Assembly: GCA_045652445.1 (NCBI GenBank)
Contig: JAZRUJ010000067.1
Location: forward strand, 1-54,982
Direction of reading: 5' to 3'
DNA: 54,982 bases
Origin: Eubacteriales bacterium
Lineage (GTDB): Bacteria > Bacillota > Clostridia > Oscillospirales > UBA644
Part shown: positions 19,210 through 27,534 of the stretch, piece after piece
How positions within the stretch are numbered: position 1 is the first letter of the stretch
Layout: every line of letters starts with the position of its first letter
Made by a program: the position numbers and the translations under genes
The notes under the pieces: generated by a model
The model's database searches: none
Seen by the model: only the letters and a program-made list of their open reading frames with translations
What the model was told of the DNA's origin: nothing

Positions 19210-19671
19210 ATGAATCCCATTGAAGTTGCCCGTAATTTGTTTCTCCTCCGCCGGGAGCACAGCATGACCGCAGAAGAATTGGCGGACGCCCTGGAAGTGA
19301 CCCCGGAATTGGTCTGTGAATGGGAATGTGCAAAAACCTCTCCCACCCTGGAACAAATCAACCGTTTGGCAAAGGTGTACGGGGTTTCCGTCTCCGATAT
19401 TATCGTTTCTCCCAAAACCTCCCACCTGCCGAAAAGCGAATTCCCCAAACCCGCACCGGTAAAAAAGGAAACGACGCCGAAAACCCAAACTCCGGTGGAC
19501 GAAGAACCCATCCCTCCCAGGAAATCGTCTCAGGCGTGGGAAATTGTGGTGATTATTCTGTTGCTCCTGATCATCGCCGCCTCGGTAACCTTCCTGATCA
19601 AACCCGAATGGTTCCCCTTAAAATCCCTGTTTGGGGCTTGGGTAAACCTGATGTTGCCTCGTCTGTTATAA
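19210..19671 (+). CDS. XRE-family HTH protein with Pro-rich linker and C-terminal transmembrane segment
   Basis: N-terminal HTH_3-like region (LRREHSMTAEELADALEVTPELVCEWECAKTSPTLEQINRLAKVYGVSVSDI), a PKP-rich linker, and TM helix WEIVVIILLLLIIAASVTFLI. AAGGAG RBS 7 nt before the ATG at 19210. Confidence 0.75.
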   Translation: MNPIEVARNLFLLRREHSMTAEELADALEVTPELVCEWECAKTSPTLEQINRLAKVYGVSVSDIIVSPKTSHLPKSEFPKPAPVKKETTPKTQTPVDEEPIPPRKSSQAWEIVVIILLLLIIAASVTFLIKPEWFPLKSLFGAWVNLMLPRLL

Positions 19672-19681
19672 TTTTTTCCTT

Positions 19682-19712
19682 TCTCCGCAGAGATTTTCTG
19701 CGGAGAAATTTT
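19682..19712 (+). terminator. intrinsic terminator
   Basis: TCTCCGCAGA-loop-TCTGCGGAGA followed by AATTTT. Confidence 0.6.
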
Positions 19713-19734
19713 GCAATTTATTCACATACGACCC

Positions 19735-19763
19735 TTGCATTTCATAAGAAAATGTGTTATACT
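19735..19763 (+). promoter_or_regulatory. sigma-70 type promoter for tRNA-Val
   Basis: TTGCAT (19735-19740), 17-nt spacer, TATACT (19758-19763). Confidence 0.65.
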
Positions 19764-19781
19764 ATTATAGCAATTTCATAG

Positions 19782-19858
19782 GGGGATATAGCTCAGCTGG
19801 TTAGAGCGTTCGCTTCACATGCGAGAGGTCATGGGTTCGAGCCCCTTTATCCCCACCA
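19782..19858 (+). tRNA. tRNA-Val (anticodon CAC), CCA encoded
   Basis: Manual cloverleaf. Acceptor GGGGATA/TATCCCC and D-arm GCTC...GAGC. Anticodon stem TTCGC/GCGAG with loop TT-CAC-AT. T-arm ATGGG-TTCGAGC-CCCTT with one U-U mismatch. Discriminator A followed by CCA. Confidence 0.88.
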
Positions 19859-19863
19859 AAAAA

Positions 19864-19891
19864 ATGACAGGTTTTAACCTGTCATTTTTTA
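19864..19891 (+). terminator. intrinsic terminator
   Basis: ATGACAGGT-ttta-ACCTGTCAT followed by TTTTTT. Confidence 0.85.
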
Positions 19892-19929
19892 TATTCTTTC
19901 CTCTCTTAAAAAAGTTCCGATTTTCGCCC

Positions 19930-19958
19930 TTGCATCTGTAAAAAAAACAATGTATAAT
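19930..19958 (+). promoter_or_regulatory. sigma-70 type promoter
   Basis: TTGCAT (19930-19935), 17-nt spacer, TATAAT (19953-19958). Confidence 0.68.
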
Positions 19959-20015
19959 AAAAAAAAGGGAGGGGCAGAAAAATAAAAAAGTCCCCTAAAA
20001 AAAACGGAGGGTATT

Positions 20016-22967
20016 ATGTTACGGGTTGTAAATCTTACCAAAGTCTACAAGTCCAAGCACGGTGTCGACACTCGGGCCTTGGACGGGGTAACGTTGCAAT
20101 TTCCTGAAAAAGGAATGGTCTTCCTTTTGGGGAAATCGGGAAGCGGGAAATCCACCCTGTTGAACGTTTGCGGAGGATTGGATAATCCCACGTCCGGGGA
20201 AATTATTGTGAAGGGAAGAAGCAGTAAGAACTTTTCCCAAAGCGATTTTGACTCCTACCGCAACACCTTTATCGGCTTTATTTTCCAAGAATACAATATT
20301 CTTAACGAATTTTCCGTGGAAGATAATATTGCCCTTGCATTGGAATTACAAGGAAAATCCAAAGATAAAAAAGCCATCGCCAAGCTGTTGGACGACGTGG
20401 ATCTGACCGGCTTTGCCAAGCGGAAGCCCAACACCCTTTCCGGCGGACAAAAGCAACGAATCGCCATCGCCCGGGCATTGATCAAAAACCCCGAGATTAT
20501 CATGGCGGACGAACCGACGGGTGCCTTGGACTCCAACACCGGGAAACAGGTTTTCGACACCCTGAAGAAACTGTCCCGGGACAAATTGGTCATCGTCGTT
20601 TCCCACGACCGGGAATTTGCGGAACAGTACGGGGATCGAATCATTGAACTGAAAGACGGAAAAGTATTATCCGACGTTTCCAAAACGCAACAGAAACAAC
20701 AGGCATTGACCCAAAACATTAACGCCGTAGGGAACGTCTTGAGCATGAAGAACGGGGCTGACCTGACCGAGGCAGATTTTGAACAGATCAAGACCTTTTT
20801 GAAACATTCCTCCGGAGACGTGGTCATCGCCACCGGGGAAAAAGAAGTTTCCAACTTTAAAAAAGTCAGCAGGATCAATGACGCGGGAGAACAGGAAGTT
20901 TTTTCCGACACCGACGAATCCAACCTGGAACAAAAGACCTACACCAAAGAAGAAAGCAAATTCATTCGCTCCAAACTCCCCGGACGCCATGCGGCAAAAA
21001 TTGGGCTTTCCGGATTAAAAAGCAAACCTTTCCGGTTGTTTATGACCATTTTGTTGTGTACCGTTTCTTTCGTCATGTTTGGGCTTCTGTCTACCCTGAA
21101 TTTCTACGACAGCGAACAGACCTTCCGAGAAACGCTGACCTTGGCTCAACCGGAATTCTTGAAAGCAGATAAAAGCTACCAGGCAACGATTACGTGGTTC
21201 TCTTTCGGGCAAGAAGAAAATTCTTATGAAGCCCTTTACAAAACTCGCTTCACCGAAGAGGATCTGACGGCCCTGAAAGAACAAACCGGGGACCGTATCT
21301 TCGGCGGGATTTCCACCTACCTGACCTTAAATACGCGGAATACGTCCCGCTATTGGGTTCCTCGCATTGGAACCATAGGATATTTGCCGGAGGGACACCC
21401 CCTGCGGGAGAGAATTTCCGGAGAATACCCCGACAAAAAGAATGAAATTGTCCTTTCTTCCTATTTCGCAGATCTGACCGTGGCGTGTCAAATCTATGAC
21501 GCCGACGGAAAAGCCGTTGACATCGCCAATCCCCAAGATCTGATCGGCAAAAAGATTTCCTTGGACGGTGTTACCTACACAATCTCCGGATTGTTTGATT
21601 GCGGAACCGTTGACGGAAAATACGACGTGCTGAAAGACTCCTCGGAACAGGACAACCGACTGCAGATGGAATTGGAATACTACCTGTCTGACGGACTGTT
21701 CCTGTTTGCCTTTGTCAACGATGAGGGCATGAACGCCGCGGTAAAACGCTATGAAAACTACAAGGGCGGCGAACTCTACTATTATCGTTCCGCTGCATCC
21801 GATTTGGTCTTGCCCGGCGAAGAGGCATCCTATCCCGAATGGGGCAACTCCTATTACATTTCCCAAGAGGAAGTTTCTTCTGCCTGGGTTTATTATCCTT
21901 TGGCAGAAAAAACCAAACCGGCAGACGACGAAATCATCGTTTCCGCCGCAACTTATTACAATGCTCTCTCCGAACTGATCTACCGTCAGATCAACGCCCT
22001 GCAAGAACAGGAACGGTATGACGAAGCGGAAAAACTCTATCCTCTCACGGAAGCCTGTTCCGCTCTGGCATACGGCAGAAAGTGGGTGGAAATTGAGGGT
22101 GGAAAAGGTGAAGAGATTATTCTTACCGCCGCAGAAAAAGACGCCTATCGTCAAAAACTTTCCGACTTTGAAAAGAATAACGTGGACGGATTGACCCTTT
22201 CTCTCAAGCTATTCAGTTCTTCTTCCCAGAGTACCATCGGCGACGCCAAAGAATACCGGGTGATCGGATTCTATGATTTGGGCGAAGATAACCAAGAATA
22301 CCTGGTTCTTTCCGACGCTCAAGCATCCACTCTGTGGGAAGAACAGAAAATGCAGGTAGAATACTATGAAGAAATTTCTTCCGTTTACGTAGAACCCGAA
22401 AACGCTCGATACGACTATCTCTATCTGCCCTACGACCACTCCCAGGAACAACAGAATCTGTACTGGGATATGTACCATTCGGAAGAATACAAAGAAGACG
22501 GAAGCAGAGTCATGCTGGTTGGCTCTTTTGTGGAAGATCTCCGGTTTGCCGACGAAATCGTCAAGACCCTGTCTATTGTCTTCCTGTACGTTGGCTTGGT
22601 CCTGTTGGTATTTGCTGTCCTTCTCTTCTCCAACTTTATCGCCACCTCCATTTCGCAGAAAAAGCGGGATATCGGCATTCTCCGGGCAGTCGGGGCAAGA
22701 AGTTTTGACGTATTCAAAATCTTTTTCTCCGAATCGTTCTTTATCGCGGCTCTCTGCAGTGTGTTTGCCATTGTGGGTTGCCTTGTGGCTTGTCGCTTTA
22801 TCAACCTGGCTCTGGCAAAAAGCCTGGGGGCGTCGTTGGTGGTCTTCGGCATTCCCTCCATCTCCATTCTGTTGGGAGTCGCCTTGCTTACTGCCGTAAT
22901 CTCCACCTTCCTGCCGGTCTACAACGCCGCCAAGAAAAAACCCGTCGATTCCATTCGGGCATTATAA
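20016..22967 (+). CDS. MacB-type ABC transporter, fused ATPase-permease with about 490-aa extracytoplasmic domain
   Basis: N-terminal NBD with Walker A GKSGSGKST, signature LSGGQKQR and Walker B IIMADEPT. TM1 lies near nt 21030-21105. A long hydrophilic region spans 21106-22568. The C-terminus carries an FtsX-like three-TM bundle containing KKRDIGILRAVGA. Confidence 0.85.
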   Translation: MLRVVNLTKVYKSKHGVDTRALDGVTLQFPEKGMVFLLGKSGSGKSTLLNVCGGLDNPTSGEIIVKGRSSKNFSQSDFDSYRNTFIGFIFQEYNILNEFSVEDNIALALELQGKSKDKKAIAKLLDDVDLTGFAKRKPNTLSGGQKQRIAIARALIKNPEIIMADEPTGALDSNTGKQVFDTLKKLSRDKLVIVVSHDREFAEQYGDRIIELKDGKVLSDVSKTQQKQQALTQNINAVGNVLSMKNGADLTEADFEQIKTFLKHSSGDVVIATGEKEVSNFKKVSRINDAGEQEVFSDTDESNLEQKTYTKEESKFIRSKLPGRHAAKIGLSGLKSKPFRLFMTILLCTVSFVMFGLLSTLNFYDSEQTFRETLTLAQPEFLKADKSYQATITWFSFGQEENSYEALYKTRFTEEDLTALKEQTGDRIFGGISTYLTLNTRNTSRYWVPRIGTIGYLPEGHPLRERISGEYPDKKNEIVLSSYFADLTVACQIYDADGKAVDIANPQDLIGKKISLDGVTYTISGLFDCGTVDGKYDVLKDSSEQDNRLQMELEYYLSDGLFLFAFVNDEGMNAAVKRYENYKGGELYYYRSAASDLVLPGEEASYPEWGNSYYISQEEVSSAWVYYPLAEKTKPADDEIIVSAATYYNALSELIYRQINALQEQERYDEAEKLYPLTEACSALAYGRKWVEIEGGKGEEIILTAAEKDAYRQKLSDFEKNNVDGLTLSLKLFSSSSQSTIGDAKEYRVIGFYDLGEDNQEYLVLSDAQASTLWEEQKMQVEYYEEISSVYVEPENARYDYLYLPYDHSQEQQNLYWDMYHSEEYKEDGSRVMLVGSFVEDLRFADEIVKTLSIVFLYVGLVLLVFAVLLFSNFIATSISQKKRDIGILRAVGARSFDVFKIFFSESFFIAALCSVFAIVGCLVACRFINLALAKSLGASLVVFGIPSISILLGVALLTAVISTFLPVYNAAKKKPVDSIRAL

Positions 22968-22982
22968 AAAAGGAAACAAAAA

Positions 22983-23020
22983 GGCTCGGAAGATTTTTCT
23001 TCCGAGCCGATTTTATTTTA
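22983..23020. terminator. bidirectional intrinsic terminator
   Basis: GGCTCGGAAG-6nt-CTTCCGAGCC with T-runs on both strands. Lies between the convergent ABC gene and thrB. Confidence 0.82.
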
Positions 23021-23021
23021 T

Positions 23022-23912
23022 TTATCCTTCCGTTACGGTAGCACCGTAGCGGTCGATTTCGGGGGAAAGAACTTTCCAGCCTTTGACCGTTTCGTTGCGA
23101 AGCCGTGCCGAGAGACGTCCGGCAAAATTCCGGTCGTCGGTCAATGCCAACAGTGTGGGGCCGGCCCCGCTGATGCAAAAGGCGATGGCACCCGATTCCA
23201 TGGCAAGGCGATGCACCGTTTCATATTCGGGAATCAGCGAAAACCGGTAGGGCTGATGGAGACGGTCGTTTAACGCCCGGGAGATTACGCTCTTATTTCC
23301 GGTTTCCAAGGCTTTCAGCAAAACGGCACCGTGGGAAATGTTATATACCGCGTCGGCACGGGTATACATTTCCGGCAGAGCCTTCCGAGCCTTGTGGGTG
23401 GACAGTTCAAAGGTGGGGATACAGACCACAAACCGCAGCCCCTCTGCCATTTGATAGGTCACCGTATCGGGAACGCCGTCGTTCATCATGGAGGCGGTCA
23501 AGCCACCGTAAAAGGCGGGAGCCAGATTGTCCGGATGCCCCTCGATTCGGGTTGCCAATTCCAGCATTTTTCGGTTATCAAAGGGATATCCCGCTTCCGC
23601 ATTGGCGGCAACCACCCCGGCAACAATCATGGCAGCAGAAGAACCCAGCCCCCGGGAAACGGGAATTTGGGTCTCCAGCATTTCCATACGAAGCCCAGTA
23701 TATGGGACACCGGCTTCTTGCAAGGTCATTTCGTAGGCACGAACCGAAAGATTTTTCGGATTGCAATATTTTTCCGCACAACCGATAATCTCCAATCCTT
23801 CGTCGATGGCTTCAAAGGTGTAGGTATTGTACAGCCCCAAAGCACAGCCAAAAGAATCGAAGCCCGGCCCTAAATTGGCGGTGGTTGCGGGAACACGAAC
23901 GGTACGTTTCAT
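23022..23912 (-). CDS. thrB: homoserine kinase
   Basis: 296 aa. VPATTANLGPGFDS GHMP-kinase motif and GLGSSAA. Confidence 0.93.
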   Translation of the reverse strand: MKRTVRVPATTANLGPGFDSFGCALGLYNTYTFEAIDEGLEIIGCAEKYCNPKNLSVRAYEMTLQEAGVPYTGLRMEMLETQIPVSRGLGSSAAMIVAGVVAANAEAGYPFDNRKMLELATRIEGHPDNLAPAFYGGLTASMMNDGVPDTVTYQMAEGLRFVVCIPTFELSTHKARKALPEMYTRADAVYNISHGAVLLKALETGNKSVISRALNDRLHQPYRFSLIPEYETVHRLAMESGAIAFCISGAGPTLLALTDDRNFAGRLSARLRNETVKGWKVLSPEIDRYGATVTEG

Positions 23913-25381
23913 GCTTCTACCTTCTTTAATACGTAATCAAGAATGGAATCTTTGGGAATTACGTCGGTGTGAAGAACGGCTTTTTCTTTCAGTCCGGAAA
24001 GTCCGGCGGGAATGGGAACGTTGGTCCGGTCGTGCAACTGTTTCATAACCTTAAATTCATCTTCGTCCGGCGTATGCCCCAACCCGGTCAAAACCGATAC
24101 GGGGAATTTATAGGGAGATGCGGTGGAAAGAACGATGACCGCACCTTGCAGTTTTTCTGCCTTAAATTGATTTGCCACGTTGACCGCAACGGCGGTGTGG
24201 GTATCACAAAGATAACCGTAGGTTTCGTAGGTTTCTCCGATGGTGGAAAGGGTTTCTTCTTCGGAACAGCATCCGGCAAAGAACACGTCTTTCAATTTTG
24301 CCAAAACCGAAGCGTCTACGGTGTATTCGCCGATTTTGTTCAAATCGTTCATGTATCCGGCAATCATTTCACAATTTCCGCCGGAAGCCAGATACAGCAT
24401 CCGTTCCAGATTGCTGGACACCAAAATATCCATGGAGGGAGAATTGGTACGGTGGAAGACCCGGCGGCGGTCATACCGACCGGTATTCAAAAATTCCGTC
24501 AAAACGTCGTTTTGGTTGGAGGCACAAATCAGTTTATTTATGGGAAGCCCCAGGCATTTTGCAAAATATCCCGCCAAAATGTCTCCGAAATTCCCCGTGG
24601 GGACCACAAAATTGACGCCGTCACCCATGGCGATTTCTCCGGCGGCAACCAAATCGCAATAGGATTTATAGTAGTATACGATTTGCGGAGCCAGACGTCC
24701 GATATTGATGGAGTTGGCACTGGAAAGCATAATCCCGTATTGTTTCAAGTCTTTCCCCGCACAGGCGGCAAAGGTGTTCTTTACCCCGGTCTGGGCGTCG
24801 TCAAAATTTCCGTCGATGGCACAAACGGTAACGTTATTTCCCTCTTGAGTCACCATTTGGGCTTTCTGCACCGCAGAAACTCCGCCGTTGGGATAGAACA
24901 CGATAATGCCGGTTCCGTCCACGTCGTGGAACCCCTCCAGGGCGGCTTTCCCCGTATCCCCGCTGGTGGCGGTAAGAATCATAATTTTTTCGGTGATGCC
25001 CAACTTCTTCTTGGCTTCGGTAATCAGCACCGGCAACATGGACAAAGCCACGTCTTTGAACGCCGAGGTGGGGCCGCGGAACAGTTCCAACACGTAATCC
25101 TGACCCACTTTCACGGTAGGAGTCACGTCGTCGGTCTCAAACTTTCCGCCGTATGCCCGATGCACCATTTCCGCCATTTCGGCTTCGGTAAATTCGTCAA
25201 ATAACGTCTGCAAAATCACCGCAGCCATTTCTTCGAAAGACTTGTCCGCCAACTGCTGGGGGGTGACTTTCAAAGAATCCAAATTCACAGGCAGGTACAA
25301 TCCCCCGTCGGGAGCAATCCCTTGCAGAATGGCTTCCAGGGAATTTACGGTATGGTAAGAACGGGTGCTTTGGTACAACAT
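23909..25381 (-). CDS. thrC: threonine synthase (long form)
   Basis: MLYQSTRS start, PLP site FKD, about 490 aa. The ATG at 25381 lies 8 nt after a GGAGG. The ORF-track GTG at 25396 overlaps that RBS. 4-nt overlap with thrB. Confidence 0.92.
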   Translation of the reverse strand: MLYQSTRSYHTVNSLEAILQGIAPDGGLYLPVNLDSLKVTPQQLADKSFEEMAAVILQTLFDEFTEAEMAEMVHRAYGGKFETDDVTPTVKVGQDYVLELFRGPTSAFKDVALSMLPVLITEAKKKLGITEKIMILTATSGDTGKAALEGFHDVDGTGIIVFYPNGGVSAVQKAQMVTQEGNNVTVCAIDGNFDDAQTGVKNTFAACAGKDLKQYGIMLSSANSINIGRLAPQIVYYYKSYCDLVAAGEIAMGDGVNFVVPTGNFGDILAGYFAKCLGLPINKLICASNQNDVLTEFLNTGRYDRRRVFHRTNSPSMDILVSSNLERMLYLASGGNCEMIAGYMNDLNKIGEYTVDASVLAKLKDVFFAGCCSEEETLSTIGETYETYGYLCDTHTAVAVNVANQFKAEKLQGAVIVLSTASPYKFPVSVLTGLGHTPDEDEFKVMKQLHDRTNVPIPAGLSGLKEKAVLHTDVIPKDSILDYVLKKVEA

Positions 25382-25431
25382 GGTCAAATCCTCCACAGGA
25401 ACAATAATATCATAAGTATAAATAATATCTA

Positions 25432-25460
25432 ATTATAGCACCGATTCCCCATTTTGTCAA
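25432..25460 (-). promoter_or_regulatory. sigma-70 type promoter for thrC-thrB
   Basis: The minus strand reads TTGACA (25460-25455), a 17-nt spacer ending in TGC, then TATAAT (25437-25432). Confidence 0.72.
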
Positions 25461-25530
25461 TGACAGAACCGGAAAAGGGGGGATAAAATTGTTTCAAAAA
25501 TATGAAATTTGATTTTTTTTGAAAAAACTC

Positions 25531-25559
25531 TTGCATTTTTCAAAACAATGTGCTATAAT
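25531..25559 (+). promoter_or_regulatory. sigma-70 type promoter for rpmE
   Basis: TTGCAT (25531-25536), 17-nt spacer with TGc extended -10, TATAAT (25554-25559). Confidence 0.72.
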
Positions 25560-25617
25560 AAAATGCAATGTAATCAACTTGTGCCTTTTCGGCACACTCG
25601 GAAAGGAATGAAAATAG

Positions 25618-25818
25618 ATGAAGGACGGAATTCATCCCGTTTACAAAGACACAACCATCACTTGTGTTTGCGGTAACGTAATCCACACCCGCTCCACCAA
25701 AGACGACATCCGTGTTGAAATTTGCTCCGCCTGCCATCCTTATTACACCGGCAAGCAGAAGCTGGTTGATACCGGCGGCCGCGTAGACCGTTTCAAGAAG
25801 AGATTCAACCTGAAGTAA
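25618..25818 (+). CDS. rpmE: 50S ribosomal protein bL31, type A (Zn-binding)
   Basis: [27 protein letters not shown]...[15 protein letters not shown] is canonical L31 with Cys motifs. Confidence 0.95.
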   Translation: MKDGIHPVYKDTTITCVCGNVIHTRSTKDDIRVEICSACHPYYTGKQKLVDTGGRVDRFKKRFNLK

Positions 25819-25846
25819 TTCAGAGCTTTTCAAGAAAACAATCAAA

Positions 25847-25880
25847 GGACGAATCCTATAGGATTCTTCCTTTTTTCTTT
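25847..25880. terminator. intrinsic terminator between convergent genes
   Basis: GGACGAATCC-tata-GGATTCTTCC followed by TTTTTTCTTTTT. Confidence 0.8.
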
Positions 25881-26837
25881 TTATTCTTGGATTTCCTGCT
25901 TGACCGTCATCGCTTTTTTCTTTCGATGTCGCCGAATGGGGATAAAGATGGCGAGGAACACCACCGTCCCGGGAATTATTACGAAAAATCCCACGTAAGG
26001 CAACGCAGAAACCAGCACCACGAACAGATTCCGGAAAAAGATGCCGATATCCGCCATAGCGTCGGCAAGATTCGTCCCGATCTCTTCCCAAATCGTGGGT
26101 TCCGCGACGGGAATGGGTTCGGTGGATTCAGTAACGTAGAGCGAGACGGTGGCGTATTCCACCTGATTATCGTATTTCCGTAAAGTAGATTCACAGGATT
26201 CGATTTGATAACGAACGTTGGACAGGCGATCTTGCAACGAAATAATATCGCTCACCGATTTTGCCGACTCCAACAACGCCAAAAGACTGGTTTCTTCCGC
26301 CCGTAGGGCTTTCAGGCGGGATTGGGTATCCACGTACTGCAAGGTAACGTCGCTCATCTGCTCGGTCTTCCGGGTAACCGCCCCTAACGAGTCAATCAAT
26401 TCCAGGACACTATCGGTCTCTCCCACGGGGATCCGCAGAGTCATAGACGCATAGCGAGAAGTTTTGGTAGGCGTATTTTCCGACGACCGTTCCACGTATC
26501 CCCCGCTGGCAAGAACACCTTCCCGTACCCGGGTGAGAAATTCGTCAAACCGGTCGCTTCTCGCTTCCAAATCCACAGTGCGGATCAGTTTCCGATCGTC
26601 GCTGACCGTTGAATCGCTGCCGGAAGCAAGATTTCCCGACGAATCCGGAGATTCGCTTACAAAGGAGTCCGGGGAAGCCACGCTGTCTTTTCCGGGAGAC
26701 TCAAAAAATTCCTCTCCGCCCAAAGGAAAATCCTCCGAAACATTCTCTCTGCCCCCGGGAACCCCGGCACTACACCCCGCAAGCAGAGCAAAAACCAACA
26801 CCGCGGACAAAAACACAAACAGGACTTTTCGAGTCAT
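25881..26837 (-). CDS. DUF4349-like lipoprotein
   Basis: Lipobox LLAGC after MTRKVLFVFLSAVLVFA. The central region with coiled-coil (QYVDTQSRLKALRAEETSLLALLE...LQDRLSNVRYQIE) and two C-terminal TM helices resembles DUF4349. Start chosen at the ATG at 26837. Confidence 0.72.
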   Translation of the reverse strand: MTRKVLFVFLSAVLVFALLAGCSAGVPGGRENVSEDFPLGGEEFFESPGKDSVASPDSFVSESPDSSGNLASGSDSTVSDDRKLIRTVDLEARSDRFDEFLTRVREGVLASGGYVERSSENTPTKTSRYASMTLRIPVGETDSVLELIDSLGAVTRKTEQMSDVTLQYVDTQSRLKALRAEETSLLALLESAKSVSDIISLQDRLSNVRYQIESCESTLRKYDNQVEYATVSLYVTESTEPIPVAEPTIWEEIGTNLADAMADIGIFFRNLFVVLVSALPYVGFFVIIPGTVVFLAIFIPIRRHRKKKAMTVKQEIQE

Positions 26838-26930
26838 ACACTCAACCCCTTTTTTTTTCAGTATAGCATAAAAAAACCCGGCTAACAAGATTTTTTCAAA
26901 AAAATCTATAAAAAATTTGCAATTTCCCCC

Positions 26931-26959
26931 TTGACAATCGTCTGAAAATGTATTATAAT
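26931..26959 (+). promoter_or_regulatory. sigma-70 type promoter for tRNA-Gly
   Basis: TTGACA (26931-26936), 17-nt spacer, TATAAT (26954-26959). Confidence 0.75.
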
Positions 26960-26976
26960 AGTCAGGTAATTAACAA

Positions 26977-27050
26977 GCAGGTGTAGTTCAATGGTAGAAC
27001 TCCAGCCTTCCAAGCTGGCCACGGGGGTTCGATTCCCCTCACCTGCTCCA
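26977..27050 (+). tRNA. tRNA-Gly (anticodon UCC), CCA encoded
   Basis: Manual cloverleaf. Acceptor GCAGGTG/CACCTGC and D-arm GTTC...GAAC. Anticodon stem CCAGC/GCTGG with loop CT-TCC-AA. T-arm GGGGG-TTCGATT-CCCCT. Discriminator T followed by CCA. Confidence 0.92.
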
Positions 27051-27534
27051 TTTTTTTTATAAAATTTAGGATTCGTTACTGCGAATCCATTTTTTTGTGC
27101 AAAAAACGGAATCGAACGCCGAGGGGGTGAATGACAGTCCGGGGGACTGTCAGAGCCGAGGCCGCCCTGTCCGCAGACAGGGGCGATTCCCCTCACCTGC
27201 TCCATTTTTTATAAAATTTAGGATTCGTTACTGCGAATCCATTTTTTTGTGCAAAAAACGGAATCGAACGCCCTTCGGGGAACCAGCCCTTTTGCGGTGC
27301 CCAAAAAAACCGTCGCATCCGTAGGTGCTTGCTTTTTTCGACCGCTGCACCACAACCGTCTCGCTTCTTCCGCCCCCGGCGGTGCTTCGGCGGTTGTGCC
27401 CACCTGCTCCATTTTTTATAAAATTTAGGATTCGTTACTGCGAATCCATTTTTTTTGTGCAAAAAACGGAATCGAACGCCCTTCGGGGAACCAGCCCTTT
27501 TGCGGTGCTTCGGTGGTTGTGCCCACCTGCTCCA
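27040..27534 (+). repeat. tRNA-Gly 3'-end / terminator-module direct repeat array (three units plus terminal core)
   Basis: CACCTGCTCCA occurs at 27040-27050, 27194-27204, 27401-27411 and 27524-27534. A 68-70-nt module follows the first three copies (27051-27120, 27205-27272, 27412-27480) and differs only in T-run lengths. Variable inserts lie at 27121-27193, 27273-27400 and 27481-27523. Confidence 0.9.
27069..27096 (+). terminator. intrinsic terminator after tRNA-Gly (first of three identical copies)
   Basis: GGATTCG-ttactg-CGAATCC followed by A and T7. The same element recurs at about 27221-27248 and 27428-27456. Confidence 0.75.

Noticed and set aside
25382-25431. T-box or riboswitch leader upstream of thrC
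   Set aside because: The predicted promoter leaves only about 45 nt of 5' UTR, which is too short. No specifier, T-box or terminator elements are present.
25581-25595. Small hairpin GTGCC-ttttc-GGCAC in the rpmE 5' UTR as an L31 autoregulatory leader
   Set aside because: A single 5-bp hairpin in a roughly 50-nt UTR is too little evidence. It would need an Rfam L31-leader model search to support it.
25540-26091. 183-aa minus-strand ORF spanning rpmE and the DUF4349 gene end
   Set aside because: It is antisense to canonical bL31 and crosses a terminator. Its translation is implausible.
27040-27534. Possible CRISPR array
   Set aside because: The repeats are about 80 nt, not 24-48 nt. There are only three units, the inserts vary from 43 to 128 nt, two of them are related to each other, and no cas genes are in the window.
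27412-27534. Minus-strand pseudo-tRNA (GCAGGTG...GCTGG...GGGCGTTCGATTCCG) as a functional tRNA gene
   Set aside because: It shares the acceptor 5' strand, a GCTGG word and a T-loop-like TTCGATT with tRNA-Gly. However, the T-stem does not pair (C52-C62), there is no D-arm or anticodon arm, and there is no matching 3' acceptor strand. At best it is a decayed fragment.
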